A DNA stretch of 64,000 nucleotides from Eledone cirrhosa (lineage: Eukaryota), in NCBI GenBank assembly GCA_964016885.1, contig OZ024740.1:172918001-172982000 (forward strand), in the 5' to 3' direction. Each line of letters begins with the position of its first letter. The first letter of the stretch is position 1. The position numbers and the translations under genes were made by a program. Below the pieces are notes generated by a model. The model was not told where the DNA came from. It saw only the letters and a program-made list of their open reading frames with translations, and did not search any database. Positions 59,860 to 64,000 of this stretch are shown one piece after another.

Positions 59860-60047
59860 TATTAAAATAACAGATTAAAGTTTAAGCAAAGAATCGCTGC
59901 TTTCACCCTTAACGGGATCTTCTGAAACTAAATCAATCTGTGAACGCAGAAGTAAATATTTCGAAAAGCGTTACAGACTATATATATATAATTTTTGCTG
60001 GACCAGCAATCGCTCTGTATAATCAGTTCCTGATTATTACTGGAATT

Positions 60048-61480
60048 CTATAATTTTATTATGCGCATTTGGAAAACAACATCATCCTGGGACAAAAAAT
60101 GTGTTCTCATCAGATAAAATAAGGTAACATGATATGAGGCCTAAAAACACTTGTCAGCAGGAAAGTGCAAAGTCTACATATGACAGAAATATAATAGTAA
60201 GAAAGAGATAGGAAAATAGAAGAAAAGGAAAGAAGAAGGAGAAAAAGGAAAAAGAAAGAGAAGAGAGGAAAAAAGGAAAAAGAAAGAAGGAAGAGAGAGA
60301 AAGAGAAAGAGAGAGAGAGAGAGATACTTTTGATCAGGAACGCTGACAAAATGAAACAAGCTGTAAATAACGGTTAAAAAGTAAATTGATGAGGTGTATG
60401 TGCGAATATTATAGATGGTATTCAAATATTAGAGGTCTAAAATATAGAAACTGGGTATATTATTTTATATTGGGTTTAAATGCAAAACATATGATTAAGA
60501 AGTATAAAAATGTATTAATAAAATAAAATTAAATTAAAATTAAATTAAAATAAGTATAAAAAAGGTTTTTAAAATAAAATAACATAATATAAAAAAAAAT
60601 AAAAATAGTCTATCTTTGTCAAAATTAAAAATTTCTATTAAAAATCAATATATGTGGGGTATACTATTTAAATATTATTTAATATCAACAAGTAAATAAA
60701 GGGAATTGGTAGAATGATTTATAAACGTAGGAAAACATATGACGTCATAATTTGTTTACAAAATCTACGAAGGTTTGAACGATAATTTAAGGCTATAGAA
60801 AAAAGGTCAATGGCTTAATATATGCTGAGAAAACTAAATTAATATATTGTAGAATATAATGAAATATGTGTAAAAAAATTAACCGTTATTCGTGGAATAT
60901 GTTATAGGACATTAGCTATATACTTTGTGAAAGGTCTTGTCTTGAAGGATTTATGATTGCAAAGACCAAATAAATCTATTATTCTATTTATTATTGAGTT
61001 GAAATTCGAGATAATGGTAAATTTTTCAACTAGACATAAATTACAAACACTAGATATGGAAGCATGGGAGTATAGAGAAGCGTTGTAGATTTTACGCCAA
61101 GAAATTTCGTAATTGATGTTTTTGTCTTTAAAGGACCAAATAAGTTCTGAGAGTGCGGTGTTGGTCCTTTTAAGTGGATATTTAATTGTAGAAGAATGAT
61201 TATAGAATCTTGCTTTAAAAGAGGTAGATGTAGAGCCAATATAGGTATTGGTACTAGTTACCACTTTACATTCGTATACTAGGTTTTTATCAAGACAGAA
61301 ATCACTAAGAGGACAATTAGTTCTAATCGGGCAGTTGCATTTACGATTAAGATTATTTACAGTGTTATTGGCAAGTGGCCCAGGATTAATTATATTAGGA
61401 ACTGGAGTGGTGGAATTAATTAAAGGAGGTGCTAAAGTTTCCAGATTTACATTACTCTTTGATGTATTCCTCAAAATTAC
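60048..61480 (-). mobile_element. Naiad-like PLE 3' fragment, GIY-YIG ORF 60902-61474
   Basis: CNC..CPL...C...NLVY..TYIG..FKARFYNH..TALSELIW..CNLCLVE..CNH. Confidence 0.87.
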
Positions 61481-62113
61481 GTTTGACGTCGGGCCTTATA
61501 GTGTTATTATTATGACTCATGGTTGGATGCATATGAGTTATTATTTAATATTTTAGAATTATGTCTTGAGATAATTTTAGAAATGTTGGAAGTAGTGGGC
61601 ATTGCAAATTTGAAATTTCTTTTTGTTCAAAACACTTACAGGACCATAAGTATTACATATATGAAGTTTGAAAACAGTCGGTTGTGTGGTTCTCGAGTTT
61701 TAGGGAGTCAGACAGACAGACAGACATTCTCTGTTTTAGATATATTGATTATGCGAATGTTGGGGGTTCGGTTCTTGGACCTGGTTGTGTGTTTTTCCCT
61801 GGAAGAAATTTGCTGTCGAGAGGAGAGAGGCTCCGCCAGGTTTAAAAAGAGAAGTGACCAAGAAACGCTGTATCTCGTTAGAGCGTCCTTACTAAACATT
61901 CAGGAGTTACGGGAACACACACATATATATTATATATATAGTTATTCATCTATCTATTGAGTCATCAAGTATGAAATTTATAGAAATTTGTAGAAAAAAT
62001 ACAAATTTCTACAAATTTCATACTTGATGATCCAATACATTTATGTATGTATGTTGAGTGGGAGTTGATTGTTTGCATGCCATTGCATATCTGTATGAGT
62101 ATTTGTTTATGTT

Positions 62114-62156
<43 letters not shown>

Positions 62157-63072
62157 GGGTGTATATGCCTCCCCTGTGTATATTTTGGGACGTTTTAAAT
62201 ATTAAATAATTTAAACAGCCAAAAATTATTTTTAATTTAGGTATATGTTTGTTTATACCTATCCTAATATTTTATTGATACTTTATTTTATCGACCAATG
62301 AATGCTGAAAGATAAAGTTGATCTTCGCGGGACTGGACATCGATCGCCTAATAATAAAACTGCCCACTACATCTTGTGCAATAGAAGTTCGATTTCATTG
62401 TCCACAAGGCAATCTATAGTGATATAAGCAAACAAGATAAAGTAATCATGGATTCTAACTTAGAATCTATGTTACGGGGTCGATAAAATAAAGTACCAGT
62501 AATACACTGGGATTGTGACAAAAGTAGAAACAATTATTTTCTATATGAGATCATTAGTAAATGATGTGTCATGAAGGCTTGAAAATGCAATATACAGCAC
62601 GTATGAGAAGGATATACTTGTCGCCATAGATACATAAGGTGTCGAGAATTTAAAGGAAGATCTAGAAAACAGCCCTGTACAAAACTTTAACATCCAAAAT
62701 GTTACAAATAAACGTTCGAACAATATAACAACCCAATGTTAAGACATTAACATTCAGATAGAAAATGACATACACATCATATCTGTCTGCACCAAAAATC
62801 ACTGATAAAGGTATATGTGTACAGACACACAATGTCAGCAGTAAAATCCCTAATTAAAAAAGCCTTTAAGCATTTTTCTATAAAAGAATCACTAAAAATC
62901 TACATAATTAAACAAACACTCATTAATATCGAATGTTTAAACAATGTATAAAATCATATGCCATAGAACAATACAAACCCAAATACAATGCTAGACATAA
63001 CATCGTTTAGAAATAAATAAACCACACAAAGTACACTCCATGAATCAAATGCATAGTAATTATGGACTATAT

Positions 63073-63421
63073 CAGAGGTTCTCAATGTGGGTGCTACCTC
63101 CCCCGTGGGGGGGGGGCATTGAAAAGGTCCAGAAGGGCGCTGGGGCCTAAGGAGTCAGGGGCGGTAGAGATGATATAATGGTATATTGAATATCAGATGA
63201 TACATATATATAAATATAGTAAAATAAAAAATATATAATATTTATTTATACATAATATATATATTATATTATATATTATATATAAATTAACGATTTTATT
63301 TATCATATATTATTTACAATACGTGTATAGGCAGGTCTCTATGGAAATAGGGTTGGCGTGCTGAGATTATTATTACGTGGTCGTAAGGAGGGCGGTGGTC
63401 CCAAATGTTTGAGAACCTCTG
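63073..63421 (+). mobile_element. hAT-family MITE
   Basis: TIR cagaggttctcaa / ttgagaacctctg. Perfect 8-bp TSD gactatat at 63065-63072 and 63422-63429. Confidence 0.9.
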
Positions 63422-64000
63422 GACTATATAAACACATCAAAAACCTCATAAAACAGAACACAAATGATATTGCTTCAAAACATAAACTACCAGAAATAAT
63501 ATGCTACAAAAACACATAAAGTTAAACACTTTTTATCTATAACAAACTACAAGATTGTCGGTCCGCAGACAAATTATTAAATAGTAATATGAATTGAAAA
63601 TTTGACTGCAGATTTTAAAGTTATATATTTCACGACTCCAACTGTTATTTGCCCACACAACCACGACACTCTCCTGCCAGCTCACTATGCATTTACAACA
63701 AAGAGTAATTGTAATATACTACATTGCACAATACTAAAAAATCTAGGTCGGAAAACATTTATAAACAGTACATCTATTCAATATAGATTTCCCCTCGAAA
63801 ATAGACAATTAATGATGAAAGCAATGTTTATAATAGAGAACAATGCTAAACTTAAAAGTACACACTAATCTCAAACAAAAATAGAAAATAAATATGTCTT
63901 CATCACTGAATATATATAAATCAAAAGGTCGGAAATACAAATTCAGGCAGCACTGAATACAAATCACATTTGCAGATCTGTCAATTCTACCCGTCCGATT

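Larger units (their letters stand above)
58484..61745 (-). mobile_element. Second Helitron copy expanded by nested insertions
   Basis: 58484-58640, 59860-59980 and ~61600-61745 match, in order, parts of 39393-40035. Confidence 0.68.

Noticed and set aside
62540-63870. A-rich decayed coding-like sequence, possibly LINE ORF1
   Set aside because: No diagnostic motif recognisable.

Overview
Repeat-dominated animal genomic DNA with no confidently identifiable host gene. The SINE family and microsatellite load suggest an invertebrate, plausibly a cephalopod (inference). It contains several Penelope-like retroelements (PLEs, RT plus C-terminal GIY-YIG, Naiad-like, inserted at (TA)n), including a young element with a ~1.9 kb inverted repeat at 1045-6188. 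It also holds a decayed L1/Tx1 LINE, R4/Dong, RTE and CR1/L2 fragments, many tRNA-type SINEs, non-autonomous Helitrons, a hAT MITE with a perfect 8-bp TSD, and long (TA)n/(CA)n/(GA)n tracts. The main hidden signal, found by eye, is about 30 type I hammerhead ribozyme (HHR) motifs, about 16-18 of them with an intact CUGANGA/GAAA/UH core. They lie in PLE termini and in at least four non-coding ~370-545 nt families. These families occur as tandem, terminally redundant or circularly permuted copies and as fold-back palindromes within (TA)n, which fits retrozyme-like circular RNAs mobilised by PLEs. One family has a recurrent non-canonical CAGAAGA core and has been captured by a Helitron. All folds and coordinates were read manually and need computational confirmation.
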